A DNA stretch of 64,000 bases from an uncultured Gemmatimonadales bacterium. Lineage in GTDB: Bacteria > Gemmatimonadota > Gemmatimonadetes > Gemmatimonadales > GWC2-71-9. Of the stretch, positions 44,221 to 54,381 are shown in pieces. Location of the stretch: assembly GCA_963739455.1 (NCBI GenBank), contig CAVUAK010000001.1, forward strand, positions 1,184,001 to 1,248,000, read 5' to 3'. Each line of letters starts with the position of its first letter. The first letter of the stretch is position 1. Below the pieces are notes generated by a model, which worked only from the letters and a program-made list of their open reading frames with translations, did not search any database and had not been told where the DNA came from. Made by a program: the position numbers and the translations under genes.

Positions 44221-45645
44221 ATGAGCCATCGCAACGTATTCGCGTTCCTGTTGTGGATTCTGCCCGCTGCTGCGGCGGCACAGCGGCCCACGTTATCCGA
44301 CAACGTGCGCAAGTACGTCAGCAGCGACACGAACCTGGTCGCGATCACCGGCGTCACGATCATCAACGGCCGGGGCACGCCTGCAGTGCCGGGGCAGACG
44401 GTGGTGATCCGCGACGGGCGCATCGCCGAGGTGGGTGGGGCGACCAAGGTGAAGACGCCGGCCGGCGCACAGGTCGTGGATGGGACGGGCATGACGCTCA
44501 TCCCGGGCATCGTCGGGATGCACGATCACATGTTCTACACGGCGGCGGGCGGTGTGGGGGTCACGATGAGCTTCACCGGCCCGCGGCTCTACCTGGCAAG
44601 CGGGGTCACGTCGGTGCGAACGACCGGTACCCGGTCGCCGTACGCCGATATCAACCTCATGGCCGCCATTGATTCCGGGTTCGTCCCGGGACCGCGGATC
44701 CATGTCACCACGCCTTACCTGACTGGCCCGGAGGGCGGTGGGTCGATGTCCATCGCCGCCTCGCCGGAGCAGGCGCGCCGCTTCGTGGCGTACTGGGCGG
44801 CCGAGGGCGCCACGTGGGTCAAGTTCTACACCGACATCTCGCGCGCCTCGATGAAGGCGGCGATCGACGAGGCGCACAAGCAGGGTATCAAGGCGACCGG
44901 CCATCTTTGTTCGGTCACTTTTCAGGAAGCGATCGACCTGGGCATCGACGACTTCGCGCACAATGTGCTCACGGCCAGCGACTTCATTGCCGACAAGCAG
45001 CCGGACAAGTGCCCGAACAACCTGTACAAGCAGCTCGACTCGCTGGTGAGCGGCGACAGCCCGATGGCGAAGACGCTCATCCAGTCGATGATCTCGCACA
45101 AGGTATCGATGACGACGACGATGGCGATCTACGAGGCGCTTTCGCCCGGCCGGCCGGTGCAGGATGAGCGTTCGCTGGAGTTGATGACGCCGGTCGTTCG
45201 TGCCGCCTACGTGAAGAACCGTGCCTACATCGACTCGATGCCGGGATACATGTTCACCAAGGATGGCTTTGCGAGGGCGCTCGCCTTCGACAAGGCGTTC
45301 TACGCGGCAGGTGGTGTCATGGCGAGCGGCGTGGACCCGACCGGGAATGGCGGGGCACTGCCGGGCTTCGGTGACCAGCGCGGCTACGAGCTGTTGCGCG
45401 AGTCGGGGCTGACGGCGGAGCAGGCAGTGCAGGTGGTGAGCTTCAATGGCGCGAAGATTCTCGGCGTCGACTCGAAGCTTGGCTCGGTGGAGAAGGGCAA
45501 GATTGCCGACCTGGTGCTGCTCAAGGGCGACCTGGTGGCCGATCCATCGGTGATCCGGAACGTGGTGACGGTATACAAGGACGGCGTCGCGTACGATCCG
45601 ACGAAACTGATCGACGCCGTGCGCGGCCGGGTGGGTGTCGATTGA
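44221..45645 (+). CDS. Secreted amidohydrolase family protein, copy 2
   Basis: PGIVGMHDH; colinear with copy 1; GGAGG before ATG. Confidence 0.9.
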   Translation: MSHRNVFAFLLWILPAAAAAQRPTLSDNVRKYVSSDTNLVAITGVTIINGRGTPAVPGQTVVIRDGRIAEVGGATKVKTPAGAQVVDGTGMTLIPGIVGMHDHMFYTAAGGVGVTMSFTGPRLYLASGVTSVRTTGTRSPYADINLMAAIDSGFVPGPRIHVTTPYLTGPEGGGSMSIAASPEQARRFVAYWAAEGATWVKFYTDISRASMKAAIDEAHKQGIKATGHLCSVTFQEAIDLGIDDFAHNVLTASDFIADKQPDKCPNNLYKQLDSLVSGDSPMAKTLIQSMISHKVSMTTTMAIYEALSPGRPVQDERSLELMTPVVRAAYVKNRAYIDSMPGYMFTKDGFARALAFDKAFYAAGGVMASGVDPTGNGGALPGFGDQRGYELLRESGLTAEQAVQVVSFNGAKILGVDSKLGSVEKGKIADLVLLKGDLVADPSVIRNVVTVYKDGVAYDPTKLIDAVRGRVGVD

Positions 45646-46505
45646 TCGTCGCCTTCCTGGGACTGGGCCAGATGGGGCAGCCCATTGCACGAAACCTCGT
45701 GACGGGTGGCTTCGATGTCCGCACCTGGAATCGTTCTGGCGGCGCGGTGGAGGGAGCGACAGCTTGCCGCACGATCGAGGAGGCGGTGCGTCCAGCCGCT
45801 GTGGTCATCACGATGCTGTCGGAAGACGCCGCTGTGCGTGCCGTCACCTTCGGTGAGGGAAAGCTCGCGGCAAGCCTCCGACCGGGCGGCATTCATGTCG
45901 GCATGAGCACGATCTCGGTGGCGCTCGCTGCGGAACTGGCCACGACGCACGCAGAGGGCGGCCAGCGATACGTCAACGCCCCCGTGTTCGGCCGCCCGGA
46001 CCGGGCAGCATCGAAGCAACTGTTCGTCGTGCCGGGCGGGAACGCGGCTGATATCACGGAGCTGGCGCCTCTCTTCGCTGCCGTGGGCCAGGGGACCTTC
46101 CCGATGCCCGGTGCGGCGGAGTCGGCGATCGCAAAGCTGTGCGGCAATTTCATGCTCGCGGCCCTGCTCGAGTCGCTGGGTGAAGCGCTTACACTGGGAG
46201 AGAAGGGTGGCGTGCCGCCCGAGCAGCTCCTGGGAATGCTTACCGGAACGCTTTTCGGCATCCCGGTGGTGCACGGCTATGGCGGCATGATTGCACGGCA
46301 GCAGTTCAAGCCTGCGGGCTTCGCATTGCCGCTCGGGTTGAAGGACATGAAGCTCGTCCTCGAGGCAGGCGGAGGCCTGGAGGTACCCCTCCCCCTTGCC
46401 GACCTTTTGCGGACGCGCTTCCTCCAGGCGATGGCGCAGGGCAAGGGCGACCTCGACTGGTCGGGCATGACCACGGTTATCAGGGAAAGCGCAGGCCTCA
46501 AGTGA
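45642..46505 (+). CDS. NAD(P)-dependent beta-hydroxyacid dehydrogenase family
   Basis: FLGLGQMG, WNRS, APVFG, KLCGN, LGLKD. Confidence 0.9.
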   Translation: MIVAFLGLGQMGQPIARNLVTGGFDVRTWNRSGGAVEGATACRTIEEAVRPAAVVITMLSEDAAVRAVTFGEGKLAASLRPGGIHVGMSTISVALAAELATTHAEGGQRYVNAPVFGRPDRAASKQLFVVPGGNAADITELAPLFAAVGQGTFPMPGAAESAIAKLCGNFMLAALLESLGEALTLGEKGGVPPEQLLGMLTGTLFGIPVVHGYGGMIARQQFKPAGFALPLGLKDMKLVLEAGGGLEVPLPLADLLRTRFLQAMAQGKGDLDWSGMTTVIRESAGLK

Positions 46506-48619
46506 TGTACATGGTGTCGCCTCGTACGAGCGCCGCCGTAGTTGCGGCGCTTCTCTTTTCGGCCCCGCTTGTGGCGCAGTCGCCGCCGGTGGCGAAGAAG
46601 GTGCCTCATGTCACCCAGCCGCACGGATACCATGTCGAGGACGACTACTTCTGGCTCCGCGAGCGGGAGAATCCCGAGGTGCTCACATACCTTGCGGCCG
46701 AGGACGCGTACGCGGATGCGATGATGGCCGGCACGGTGGCGCTGCAGGACACGCTGTACAAGGAGATGCTGGGCCGCATCAAGGAGACGGACGAGAACGT
46801 TCCCTACCGGCGCGACGGCTGGTTCTACTACACCCGCACGGAAGAGGGAAAGCAGTACCCCATCTTCGCCCGCCGGCACGGGAGCATGGACTCGGCGGAG
46901 CAGGTGACACTGGACCTCAACGTGATTGGTGAGGGCAAGGCATTTGTTGGCATCGGCGCCTACGCGCCGAGCGACGATGGGAACAAGCTCGCGTTCACGC
47001 TCGACACCACCGGATACCGGCAGTATGTCCTGTTCGTGAAGGACCTTCGCACCGGTGTGCTCAGTGCGCCGATGGCGGAGCGAATTGATGAGGTGGCGTG
47101 GTCGACCGATGGCACGACGCTGATGTACGCGCAGGAGGACTCGATCACCAAGCGCACTTACCTGGCGGTGCGGCAGAAGCTGGATGGGAAGCCGGAAGTC
47201 GTGTTCGAGGAAAAGGACGACCTGTACGAACTGGGTGTCACCCGCACCCGCAGCAAGGCGTACTTCCTGATCGAGTCGTCGAGCGCCACGACGACGGAAG
47301 TCCGCTACGTGCCTGCGAACCGGCCGCAGGAGCCGGCGAAGGTCATCGCGCCCAGGGTCGACGAGCAGGAGTATTCGGTGGATCATGCGGGCTCGGCCTT
47401 CCTGATCCTCACCAACGACAAGGGCCGCACCTTCAGGCTGGTCTCGGCGCCGGTGACGAGCCCCGGTCGGGCCAACTGGAAGGAACTGATCCCGAACCGC
47501 CCGACCACCATGCTCGAGGACGCGGACGCGTTCTCGGACCACATGGTCACGACGGAGCGGGAGGACGGACTGGTACATTTCCGCGTGCGGGACCTCAGTG
47601 GTGGGGCGCCGAGAGACATCAGCTTCCCCGAGCCAACTTACTCGGCGCACGCAGCCCAGAATTACGAGTTCATCACACCCCTGTTCCGCTTTGCGTATAC
47701 CTCGCTGGTAACGCCACTGTCGTTGTACGACTACAACGTGAAGACCGGCGAACGGACACTGCTCAAGCGCCAGCCGGTGCTCGGCGGGTACGACCCCGAC
47801 AATTACACGTCGGAGCGGGTCTGGGCCACCGCGGGGGATGGCACGAAGGTGCCGATCTCCCTGGTATACCGGAAGGAGCTGGTGCGGAACGGCCAGCGCC
47901 CGATGCTGCTCGAGGGCTACGGGTCATACGGCTACCCGAACGACGTCTCCTTCTCCTCGAACAACGTGAGCCTGCTTGACCGGGGCATGATCATCGCCAC
48001 GGCGCATGTGCGCGGGGGCGGTGAAATGGGGAAGCCGTGGCACGACGGCGGCCGGATGATGACCAAGATCAACACCTTCACCGATTTCATCGAGTCGGCG
48101 GAGTTCCTGGTCGCGCAGGGCTACACGTCGCCGGACCGGCTGGTGATTACCGGTGGCAGTGCCGGCGGGTTGCTGATGGGGGCGGTCACGAACATGCGGC
48201 CCGACCTCTTTCGCGCCGTTGTCACCTACGTGCCGTTCGTGGACGTGATGAACACGATGCTCGACGCATCGATTCCGCTCACGACCGGCGAGTACCTGGA
48301 GTGGGGCAACCCGAACGAGAAGGCGGCCTACGACTACATGGTGCGGTACTCGCCCTATGACAACATCGCGGCGAAGTCCTACCCGGCGATCCTGGTGCGG
48401 AGCTCATTCAACGACAGCCAGGTGCCCTACTGGGAGCCATCCAAGTACGTGGCCCGCATGCGGGTGCTCAAGACGGACTCGAACCCGCTACTGTTCAAGA
48501 TCAAGCTGCAGCCGGGCGGGCATGGGGGCGCGTCCGGCCGGTATGATCACTTGCACGACGAGGCCTTCGACTTCGCCTTCATCCTGAAGCAACTGCCGCC
48601 GCAACCGGCCGTTCCGTAG
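46502..48619 (+). CDS. ptrB: Oligopeptidase B (S9A)
   Basis: DDYFWLR, GYGSYG, GGSAGGLL, D-SQV, GHGG. Confidence 0.92.
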   Translation: MMYMVSPRTSAAVVAALLFSAPLVAQSPPVAKKVPHVTQPHGYHVEDDYFWLRERENPEVLTYLAAEDAYADAMMAGTVALQDTLYKEMLGRIKETDENVPYRRDGWFYYTRTEEGKQYPIFARRHGSMDSAEQVTLDLNVIGEGKAFVGIGAYAPSDDGNKLAFTLDTTGYRQYVLFVKDLRTGVLSAPMAERIDEVAWSTDGTTLMYAQEDSITKRTYLAVRQKLDGKPEVVFEEKDDLYELGVTRTRSKAYFLIESSSATTTEVRYVPANRPQEPAKVIAPRVDEQEYSVDHAGSAFLILTNDKGRTFRLVSAPVTSPGRANWKELIPNRPTTMLEDADAFSDHMVTTEREDGLVHFRVRDLSGGAPRDISFPEPTYSAHAAQNYEFITPLFRFAYTSLVTPLSLYDYNVKTGERTLLKRQPVLGGYDPDNYTSERVWATAGDGTKVPISLVYRKELVRNGQRPMLLEGYGSYGYPNDVSFSSNNVSLLDRGMIIATAHVRGGGEMGKPWHDGGRMMTKINTFTDFIESAEFLVAQGYTSPDRLVITGGSAGGLLMGAVTNMRPDLFRAVVTYVPFVDVMNTMLDASIPLTTGEYLEWGNPNEKAAYDYMVRYSPYDNIAAKSYPAILVRSSFNDSQVPYWEPSKYVARMRVLKTDSNPLLFKIKLQPGGHGGASGRYDHLHDEAFDFAFILKQLPPQPAVP

Positions 48620-48626
48620 CCGGTAC

Positions 48627-49274
48627 TCAGGCCCGGAGGAGAGCGAGGATATCCCCGGGCTTCTCGATCCAGTGGTCGGGCTTCGACGGTTCCAGGTCGG
48701 CCCGTCCAAACGGCCCCCACAGTACCGCCGCTGTTTCCACTCCCGCCGCCCGCCCCGAATTCATGTCGTGCACGCTATCGCCAAAGAACACTGCCCGCTC
48801 CGGCCGCGCACCGAGAAGCTCGAGTGCCTTCAGCACCGGCTCCGGATGCGGCTTGGGATGGACCACATCGTCGGCGCAGACCAGGACCTCGATGTATGGC
48901 GTGAGCCCGGTCAGGTCGAGGCCGCGAAGCGCGCCCTGGCGGTTCTTGCTGGTGACGAGTGCGGTGCGATAGCCGTCGGCTCGCACGGCCCGCAGCACCT
49001 CGGGGATGCCGTCGTAGACGGTGACCATCGAGTCATGGTGCGCCAGGTTATAGTCGCGATAAGTCGAGACAAGTTCCTCGAGGATTCCGCTCCCGTCATT
49101 CCACTCGGCGAACTGCACACGGAGTGGGGTGCCGACGCCGCGCAGCCAGGCCTCATCGCTTCGCGCCGGGATGCCGTGGACCCGGAGGGTATGGTGATAG
49201 CTGTCCAGGATCAGCTGCACCGAATCGATGAGCGTCCCGTCGAGGTCGAAAAGCAGCGTGTCGTAGCGGTTCAT
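48627..49274 (-). CDS. HAD-IA hydrolase (PpaX/Gph-like)
   Basis: FDLDGTL, VTSK, KPHPEP, GDSVHD. Confidence 0.92.
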   Translation of the reverse strand: MNRYDTLLFDLDGTLIDSVQLILDSYHHTLRVHGIPARSDEAWLRGVGTPLRVQFAEWNDGSGILEELVSTYRDYNLAHHDSMVTVYDGIPEVLRAVRADGYRTALVTSKNRQGALRGLDLTGLTPYIEVLVCADDVVHPKPHPEPVLKALELLGARPERAVFFGDSVHDMNSGRAAGVETAAVLWGPFGRADLEPSKPDHWIEKPGDILALLRA

Positions 49275-50775
49275 GGCCGCCAAACGTATCGCGTCGCTGC
49301 GGGAACGGAAGCTCGCCGTCGCGAATGATGATGAGGCCGCTAAGGCGGGCGCCGAGCAGGCCGTTGCCACTCGATGATGCCGGCAGGCTCGACAGGCGAG
49401 CGAGCAAGTCGGCGTCCGCGGCAGCCGAGAGTTGCTGGATCAGCATTCGTTCACCGGCGGTGTGGCCACCGCCGACAAAGCGGATGGCATGTTCCACCAT
49501 CGCCAGTGTCTCCCGGTCCCGGGCACGACTCGCGGGGCGCGCCAGCGCATAGAGCCGCTGCAACAGGGTGCGTGCAGCAACGTCACCCCGGCGCCACCAC
49601 GCGGCCGCCTCGTGTTGCCGGAGCAGGTCGCGCACCCGGGCGGCGAGCCAGGCCAGCGCGGCCCGCCGTTCAGTGCGCGTCACGCTCATGGCGTCGTTCT
49701 GGGTAGCGGCCCATTTGAGGATCGGCACCGCTTCCGCCTCGGTGCCCTGAGTATTGTCGGCACCGGTCCACAGGAGTGACCGGCCCACGATGTTTCCAGG
49801 AGGGCCACGCTGTGCACCTTCCTCCACGATCTCGATGCCCGCCAGCAGGGCTGGCCCAGTTCCCCGTATCGCCGCCACGCCGGCCAGGCGCGGGCCGTCA
49901 CCCAGGTCATGGGCGAGTGCCTCACGCCAGCGCCAGATGCTGTCGGCACCCCCGCCTATCCCAATCCGCGTCGGCAACGCCCGCTTGCGATCGAGAATTC
50001 CCGCCAGTTGCAGCCGCTCTTCAAGCGCGCGCGAGACCGGGATGACATGGCTCGTGCTCAGGTGTGCGTTGATGCCGCGGCGACTCCGTCCCTCGCGCTG
50101 TTCCACACGGGCTGGGGTCCAGGGAAGGTCGTAGTGGACCACACGCCGCAGGCGCGCGAGGTCGAGACCTTCGGCGGCGACGTCGGTGCTGATGAGGTGG
50201 TGTGGTGCCAGCAGGCCTTGTGGCGCATCGCTCCGGAACCAGTCGAGCACCGTGCCTCGCGGTGCACGCAGTGCGCCGATGCCGGCGGTCGAGCCACAAC
50301 ACCACGCCGGCCGCAGCGCAGCGAGGCGATCACGCAGGTAGCGAACCGTTGCACGGCGCACGGAAAAGATGAGCGATGGTACGCCATCGGCGAGAAGCGT
50401 CCTGAGCTGTGCCACACGTGAATCGTCGGCGCGGCATGCGGTGCTGGCCTCCCGGCGAATGGCGGCGAGAGCGGGAAGGTCGGCGATGGAGAGAATGCAC
50501 TCTCCGGGGTCGGCGACCAGTTCCCAGAGCACGAGCTGTGCGTCGTCGGCGCCAGTGAACCGCTGGATGTCGCGCCGGGTGACGGCGCGCCCGGTGCGGG
50601 CAGCGTCCATGGCGTGCAGGAGGAGGCGCTCGTAGGCCGCGGTCGTCTCCGCCAGCGCGGCCGGGCTCGATGCCGCGGCGCGCCAGAACACCCGGCGCAG
50701 GAGTGCCGCAGCAGGCCGGTCGGCGGAGAGCTCGAGGGCATCAATGAGCTGGACGATGCCGTCCTCACCGCTCAT
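49153..50775 (-). CDS. SF2 (SNF2-like) helicase, C-terminal part
   Basis: LIFS, STDVAAEGLDL, VVHYDLPWTPARVEQREGR. Confidence 0.85.
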   Translation of the reverse strand: MSGEDGIVQLIDALELSADRPAAALLRRVFWRAAASSPAALAETTAAYERLLLHAMDAARTGRAVTRRDIQRFTGADDAQLVLWELVADPGECILSIADLPALAAIRREASTACRADDSRVAQLRTLLADGVPSLIFSVRRATVRYLRDRLAALRPAWCCGSTAGIGALRAPRGTVLDWFRSDAPQGLLAPHHLISTDVAAEGLDLARLRRVVHYDLPWTPARVEQREGRSRRGINAHLSTSHVIPVSRALEERLQLAGILDRKRALPTRIGIGGGADSIWRWREALAHDLGDGPRLAGVAAIRGTGPALLAGIEIVEEGAQRGPPGNIVGRSLLWTGADNTQGTEAEAVPILKWAATQNDAMSVTRTERRAALAWLAARVRDLLRQHEAAAWWRRGDVAARTLLQRLYALARPASRARDRETLAMVEHAIRFVGGGHTAGERMLIQQLSAAADADLLARLSSLPASSSGNGLLGARLSGLIIIRDGELPFPQRRDTFGGHEPLRHAAFRPRRDAHRFGAADPGQLSPYPPGPRHPGAKR

Positions 50776-51470
50776 GCGATCACCAGGTCGCTCAATGCCG
50801 GGTGTCCCAGTCCACTCGAAAGGAGCAGTGACAGCGACCCGATGCCACTCGGGGCCAGGGCGTCGTCGCGCACTGCGAGTCGCAGCTGGGCGCCGAGATC
50901 ATCCAGCCGGTTCACTACCGGGGTGGCCGACAACAGGAGCGCCCGCCTTCCAACGAGCCATGGGGCCACGGCGGCATAGCGTCGCGTCAGCGGGTTCCGG
51001 AAGTGGTGACTCTCGTCGATGATCACCATGCCCACTCCGACGGGCAGTGATCCACGGCTTGCCCTGGTGTGTGACACGATCTCTACCGGCACGCCGAGCG
51101 CGAGGGCGGTGCGTCGCCAGTGCGTGAGGAGCGGTGCCGGAGCGAGCACCGCCGTCGCGGCAGTGCCGTTGAAGTGCCGGGCCAGGGCGAGTGCGATCCA
51201 GGTCTTGCCGCTGCCGACCGGGGGCGCAAGCAGCGCCCCACCATGGTGCGTGATCGCATATCTCGCCCGCCGGAAGTGGACTTGCTGCGATTGCCAGAGC
51301 CACGCGGGCGGCGTCACCTCCGCCTCGGCGGGGAGGAGGCTGGCGGCGATCGCGCGCGCAATCGATGCCACCGGCGCCATGGGGCCCGCGCGCAACGCGG
51401 TGGACCATGGGTCGAGCACCTGTTGCAGCGCCTCAGCAACGATGCTCGGTGACAATCGCGGAGAGGGCAT
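50772..51470 (-). CDS. SF2 (SNF2-like) helicase, N-terminal ATPase part
   Basis: Walker A APPVGSGKT, Walker B IIDESHH, motif III LSATP. Confidence 0.85.
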   Translation of the reverse strand: MPSPRLSPSIVAEALQQVLDPWSTALRAGPMAPVASIARAIAASLLPAEAEVTPPAWLWQSQQVHFRRARYAITHHGGALLAPPVGSGKTWIALALARHFNGTAATAVLAPAPLLTHWRRTALALGVPVEIVSHTRASRGSLPVGVGMVIIDESHHFRNPLTRRYAAVAPWLVGRRALLLSATPVVNRLDDLGAQLRLAVRDDALAPSGIGSLSLLLSSGLGHPALSDLVIA

Positions 51471-54381
51471 TGCGCTCCTCGAGGGTGAGTCGGAGGAGCA
51501 GTGCGACCCGCTCCTCGACAACGGCGTTCGTTTCGTCGCACTGAACTGAGGAGACAGCGCATGCCAGGGTCGTGTCCTCGAACACCCCGGATGGCAGGGG
51601 CAGGTCTTCGATGACGCGGGCGTTGAATCGGCGGAAGCCGCTCGCCGCCAGCGGTGCGCGAATGGCGGCCAGGGCACGCATCCAGGTGGTGTTGAGGAGC
51701 GCTGCAAGCACCTCGGCGGTGCGAGCGTCGGGCGTGGTGAGCACGTAGCAGGTATTCAAGGGCACCAGCCTGCCGTGGGCAGCGCTGACGAGCGCCGCCG
51801 CCTCGAGGCGGCGGGCGAGGTCGGGCCACACCACCCGATGCGCACCCAGGGCAGCGCGGGTGCGGAACAGTGTCCACGGTGGGCCATCCCGATAGTCGGC
51901 CCGACGAGTGAGCCGATCGCGCTGCGCCTTGAAGTACGCTGCCGCCCGGGGTGGCAGCGCGCGGAGCGCATCTCCCGCGGCATCGCAGGGCCAGCGGATC
52001 CACATGCTGGATGTCACCTGTCCCGCCTTGATGTCACGGCCCCGCACCGCGCGGCGCATTACTTCCGGTTCGATGTCGGGGACGGAAGTGAGGAAGACGT
52101 CATCGGCACCGGTCTTCACGCCGAGGCTGCACCGCCAGCGATGGCGGATGGGCAGGCACTCACGCGCGAGACGCCCAGCAGCGCGACCGACGGCGTCACC
52201 CGCCAGCATCCATGGCCCGTCGCCCTCGAGTGACGACTGGACCACCATGGGAGCGGCCGCCTCGAGCGTGGTGCGGGTAAGCTGGCCGCTCGCCGGGCGC
52301 GCCTTCCGCGACACCAGTGCCATGGGGTAGACGGTGGCATCGAACGCCTTCGCGTCATCGGCCGGCATGTCGGCCACCGCATGCAGCGTCGTTGTCCCTG
52401 CCAGCGCGCGCCTCAGGGTGGAGGCGTACCCAGCGTGACGGAGCTTGGCCGGGATGAGCAGCGCCACGGTGCCACCATCGCGGGTGAGCTCGAGGGAGCG
52501 CTCGACGAATGCCACCGAGAGATCGGGATAGTTCTGGTAGCCGCGCGTCGGGGCAGGGCGAAACCAGCGGTAGCGCTCGGCCAGCCGGTGCCGCAGCGGG
52601 CGCGTGAGTGCCTCGCTTCGCACCCACGGCGGATTGCCGACGACCAGGTCGAAGCCGCCGGCCGCCATGACATCGGCGAAGTGCACCGAGTAGTCAAAGC
52701 TGGGAAGGCCGCCGTCGCGCGCGAGGCGTCGCCGGGCCGAGCGGAGTTCGCGCCTGAGCCGGCGCGCGTTCGTGAGATGCGCCCGCTCTTCGCGAGCCAA
52801 CCCACGCGCCTCCCCGAAGAGTGTTGCCGCGCGTGCGTGCTCCAGCAACTCGATGATTCGCGCCTCCACCGCCTCGATGGACCGCGCCAACGACGATGCC
52901 TCGGCCGATTCCTCGGCATGACGAAGGGCGCGCAGTGCGTGACGCTTGCCGGCGCCCGACGCGGTGATCGCCACATGGCGCGCGCGGCGGAGTTCCACGG
53001 CCTGGGCAGCGTCGGGGCGATGGAGTCCCTGGCGGCTCCAGAGCGTATCGCCCTGGCGCACTACGGCGTCGAGGTTGGGAAGCGGGGGCACGGCAGCGGG
53101 ATCGGTGGCGTCGTCGTCGGCGATGACGGCGAGCCAGAGGCGAAGCTCGGCGAGGCGCACGGCGGTGGGATCGACGTCGACGCCAAAGAGGTTGCGCGCG
53201 AGCACGCGCCGCCGCGCCCCTGAGGCAGTCTCATGCGGTTGCTGCGTGAGCTGCGCGACCCGCTCGAGCGCACCCAGCAGGAAGGCGCCCGAGCCAACTG
53301 CGGGGTCGAGGACGGTCACGTCGGTGAGCGGCACACTGGAATGCTCGCCGTGGACCGTGATCACAAAATCGACAAGTCGCTGAACCAGCGACGCGGGAGT
53401 GTAGTAGGTGCCGGAGCGATGCCGTTGCTCCGGGTCCATCAGCCCCTCGAAGACGCGACCCAGCATGTCGGGCGCCACAACGCTGCCATCCCCCTCGCGG
53501 GTGGTGAAGTGGAATCCCTCGAACAGGTTGTCGAAGGCATCGCGCCACGCCAGCGTCGGGAGATCCACCTTCCAGCGCCGCTCGAGTGCGTGCGGCTCGA
53601 ACAGCCCACCATTCAGGAAGGGAAGCTTCCCGAATCGGCGCGCAATCGCTCCGCGCTGCTCGAAGGGCCGATTGAGGGCACCGAAGAAGAGTGGCCGGAG
53701 CAAGTCGCGATGCAGCGGGCGTCGGCGCAGCAGGCAGTCGTCCACAGCGCGCGCGATGAAATCAGGGCGACCATCAAGCCAGCCCTTGCTCTGGACGAAG
53801 TAGAGGAAGAGCACGCGGGTGAGCTGCAGCAAGGCGAGCGCGCTCCGGTCACCAGCGGATGGCCCGGCGGGCAGGGCACCCTGGAACGCCTCGAAAGTGC
53901 GGCGGAACTGTCGAAAGAACCTGGTGCCGAGTGGTTCGATGGACAGAAGCTCGGCCAGGCGCGCCGCCGCCTCGAGTGGCGGGAGGTCGCGCAGGGCGGT
54001 GATGCGTTCCAGCGCCGTGATTGCCGCCGGGTCGGGATGGTCCAGGGAGAGTTCGAGGACCGGAGGGTGATCGATCGCCACGGTCAGGACGAGTCGCCGG
54101 TGCTCCGCGTCGAGGCAGGCTATTCCTGCCGGGCGTCCCAGTGCTGCGCGAGCCCGGGCAACGGCCCGCCCGGCGACGCGCCCGTCCCGCGCCGACAGGG
54201 TGATCCACGGGAGGGTGCCCTGGGCATCGAGCGTCGCCATGCGGAGCACCTGCGCCGCCGGCGAGGTCTCAAGCGCTGCAGGATCAAGGGGATGCCACGC
54301 GCCCCTGACCTCGAGCGCCGCGAAGAGACGGCGGAGGCCGGACCAGGAGATGACCTGTGGAAGAAGCGTTGCGATCGGCAT
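51433..54381 (-). CDS. Large gamma-class N6-adenine DNA methyltransferase (Eco57I/TaqI-like) with C-terminal TRD
   Basis: PFLNGGLF, GTYYTP, LDPAVGSGAFL, GVDVD, VGNPPW, LGVKTG, LNTCY. Confidence 0.9.
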   Translation of the reverse strand: MPIATLLPQVISWSGLRRLFAALEVRGAWHPLDPAALETSPAAQVLRMATLDAQGTLPWITLSARDGRVAGRAVARARAALGRPAGIACLDAEHRRLVLTVAIDHPPVLELSLDHPDPAAITALERITALRDLPPLEAAARLAELLSIEPLGTRFFRQFRRTFEAFQGALPAGPSAGDRSALALLQLTRVLFLYFVQSKGWLDGRPDFIARAVDDCLLRRRPLHRDLLRPLFFGALNRPFEQRGAIARRFGKLPFLNGGLFEPHALERRWKVDLPTLAWRDAFDNLFEGFHFTTREGDGSVVAPDMLGRVFEGLMDPEQRHRSGTYYTPASLVQRLVDFVITVHGEHSSVPLTDVTVLDPAVGSGAFLLGALERVAQLTQQPHETASGARRRVLARNLFGVDVDPTAVRLAELRLWLAVIADDDATDPAAVPPLPNLDAVVRQGDTLWSRQGLHRPDAAQAVELRRARHVAITASGAGKRHALRALRHAEESAEASSLARSIEAVEARIIELLEHARAATLFGEARGLAREERAHLTNARRLRRELRSARRRLARDGGLPSFDYSVHFADVMAAGGFDLVVGNPPWVRSEALTRPLRHRLAERYRWFRPAPTRGYQNYPDLSVAFVERSLELTRDGGTVALLIPAKLRHAGYASTLRRALAGTTTLHAVADMPADDAKAFDATVYPMALVSRKARPASGQLTRTTLEAAAPMVVQSSLEGDGPWMLAGDAVGRAAGRLARECLPIRHRWRCSLGVKTGADDVFLTSVPDIEPEVMRRAVRGRDIKAGQVTSSMWIRWPCDAAGDALRALPPRAAAYFKAQRDRLTRRADYRDGPPWTLFRTRAALGAHRVVWPDLARRLEAAALVSAAHGRLVPLNTCYVLTTPDARTAEVLAALLNTTWMRALAAIRAPLAASGFRRFNARVIEDLPLPSGVFEDTTLACAVSSVQCDETNAVVEERVALLLRLTLEERNALSAIVTEHRC

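Noticed and set aside
42737..47650. Long antisense ORFs (42737..44281, 44293..45690, 46277..47650 and similar elsewhere)
   Set aside because: Shadow ORFs expected in high-GC coding DNA; no motifs
49153..54381. Complete DISARM, BREX or type I/III R-M system
   Set aside because: No drmABC, pglZ/brxC, hsdS/hsdR or res gene adjacent
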